Source of the DNA: Promethearchaeota archaeon
Lineage (GTDB): Archaea; Asgardarchaeota; Lokiarchaeia; Sigyniarchaeales; SOKP01
Assembly (NCBI GenBank): GCA_019058365.1
Contig: JAHPZE010000010.1
Span: 32,001-96,000, forward strand
Length of the DNA: 64,000 bases
Direction of reading: 5' to 3'
The notes beneath the pieces were generated by a model. It made no database searches, was not told where the DNA came from, and worked only from the letters and a program-made list of their open reading frames with translations. Below, piece after piece: positions 63,225-64,000 of this stretch. The stretch's first letter is position 1, and the number at the start of each line of letters is the position of its first letter. A program made the position numbers and the translations under genes.

Positions 63225-63830
63225 TTAAGAAAGAACATCATAAATTCCTTTTCGGGGTCTCGAAATTATTATCATCAATTGTAAAAGTGCTTCTAAGTAT
63301 CTCTTGTCTCTTATTATCTGTGGGTCTTTATAATCTCCTTCAAGGTTTAAAATATCATTTAATTGTTTTAATGCGATGGTAATATGAGTAAAACTATATA
63401 AGTTTCTATTATATTTATGGATAAATTCTTTCAATATATTTAAAGCAAATTCTACCTTTAAAGATTCTTTTGGAGTCAAAAGCTCCATTGGGGCAATAAT
63501 CTCAAAATATTTCCCCATTTTATTAATAATTTTATCATTTAGAACTTCTCTATGTTTATCTATAATATGGTGTAATTTATCGAGTCTATCAGTAAATAAT
63601 CTGGAAGTTTCTCGAGTTAAATCCATAGAAATTGACATCCCTATTCTAGCTCCAGTTTTTAATTGACTTATATTCCATAACATAGTAAATAAAATATCTA
63701 AAGAATTTTCAAATTTTTCTACAATTATCTCATTTTTATGCCCATTTCTCACTTCTTTAGCGTATTTTGACCCTTTTCTTGAAGATAATTTCAAAAACAA
63801 TTGAAATAATTCCTCATCGTCAGTTATAAT
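63225..63830 (-). CDS. Hypothetical helical protein (probable ATT start at 63830); intact paralog of 1869-2474
   Basis: QLKTGARIGMS.SMDLTRETS is shared with the other copy; AGGGG SD-like site. Confidence 0.7.
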   Translation of the reverse strand: MITDDEELFQLFLKLSSRKGSKYAKEVRNGHKNEIIVEKFENSLDILFTMLWNISQLKTGARIGMSISMDLTRETSRLFTDRLDKLHHIIDKHREVLNDKIINKMGKYFEIIAPMELLTPKESLKVEFALNILKEFIHKYNRNLYSFTHITIALKQLNDILNLEGDYKDPQIIRDKRYLEALLQLMIIISRPRKGIYDVLS

Positions 63831-64000
63831 TTTTCCCCTTCGAGTCTTTAATTATTGAAACTTAACAGCAATAATGGAAAAGATAATAGGTGAGATTGGG
63901 TTTTTAAGGATGGCTCACCAAATGTTTTGACAATAATTTAAGAATTTCTCATTATTATATAATTATCTATTTTCCATTGAGTTATGTACTCAAAGAACAA

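Overview
AT-rich archaeal window, most likely from a Lokiarchaeia (Asgard) genome: it has a Loki-CTERM-like sorting tail, Rab-like small GTPases and a p24/GOLD-like protein. About 4.8-44 kb is a CRISPR defence island. On the minus strand is a type I-B system (cas8b1-cas7-cas5-cas3-cas6), preceded by an extended adaptation operon (Cys-rich DUF2797-like ORF, cas1, cas2, cas4, beta-CASP/MBL nuclease). Next come an array of ~105 spacers (37-nt repeat) and a divergent type III-D system with III-Dv architecture (HD-less cas10, cas7-cas5-cas11 fusion, cas7-cas7, csx19, cas7-insertion). These are followed by five CARF-family genes, a decayed ISH3-like IS, MNT-HEPN and VapBC toxin-antitoxin pairs, a mini-array and orphan degenerate repeats. 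About 45-60.5 kb is a mosaic containing a triplicated PAS + AbrB-like cassette with atypical Rab-like GTPase and Zn-finger cargo. Its promoters carry 12-bp-periodic TATAG boxes. The same region holds a candidate 120-nt structured ncRNA and RHH regulators. Several genes appear to initiate at ATT/ATA. All calls come from motif reading by eye; no searches were run.
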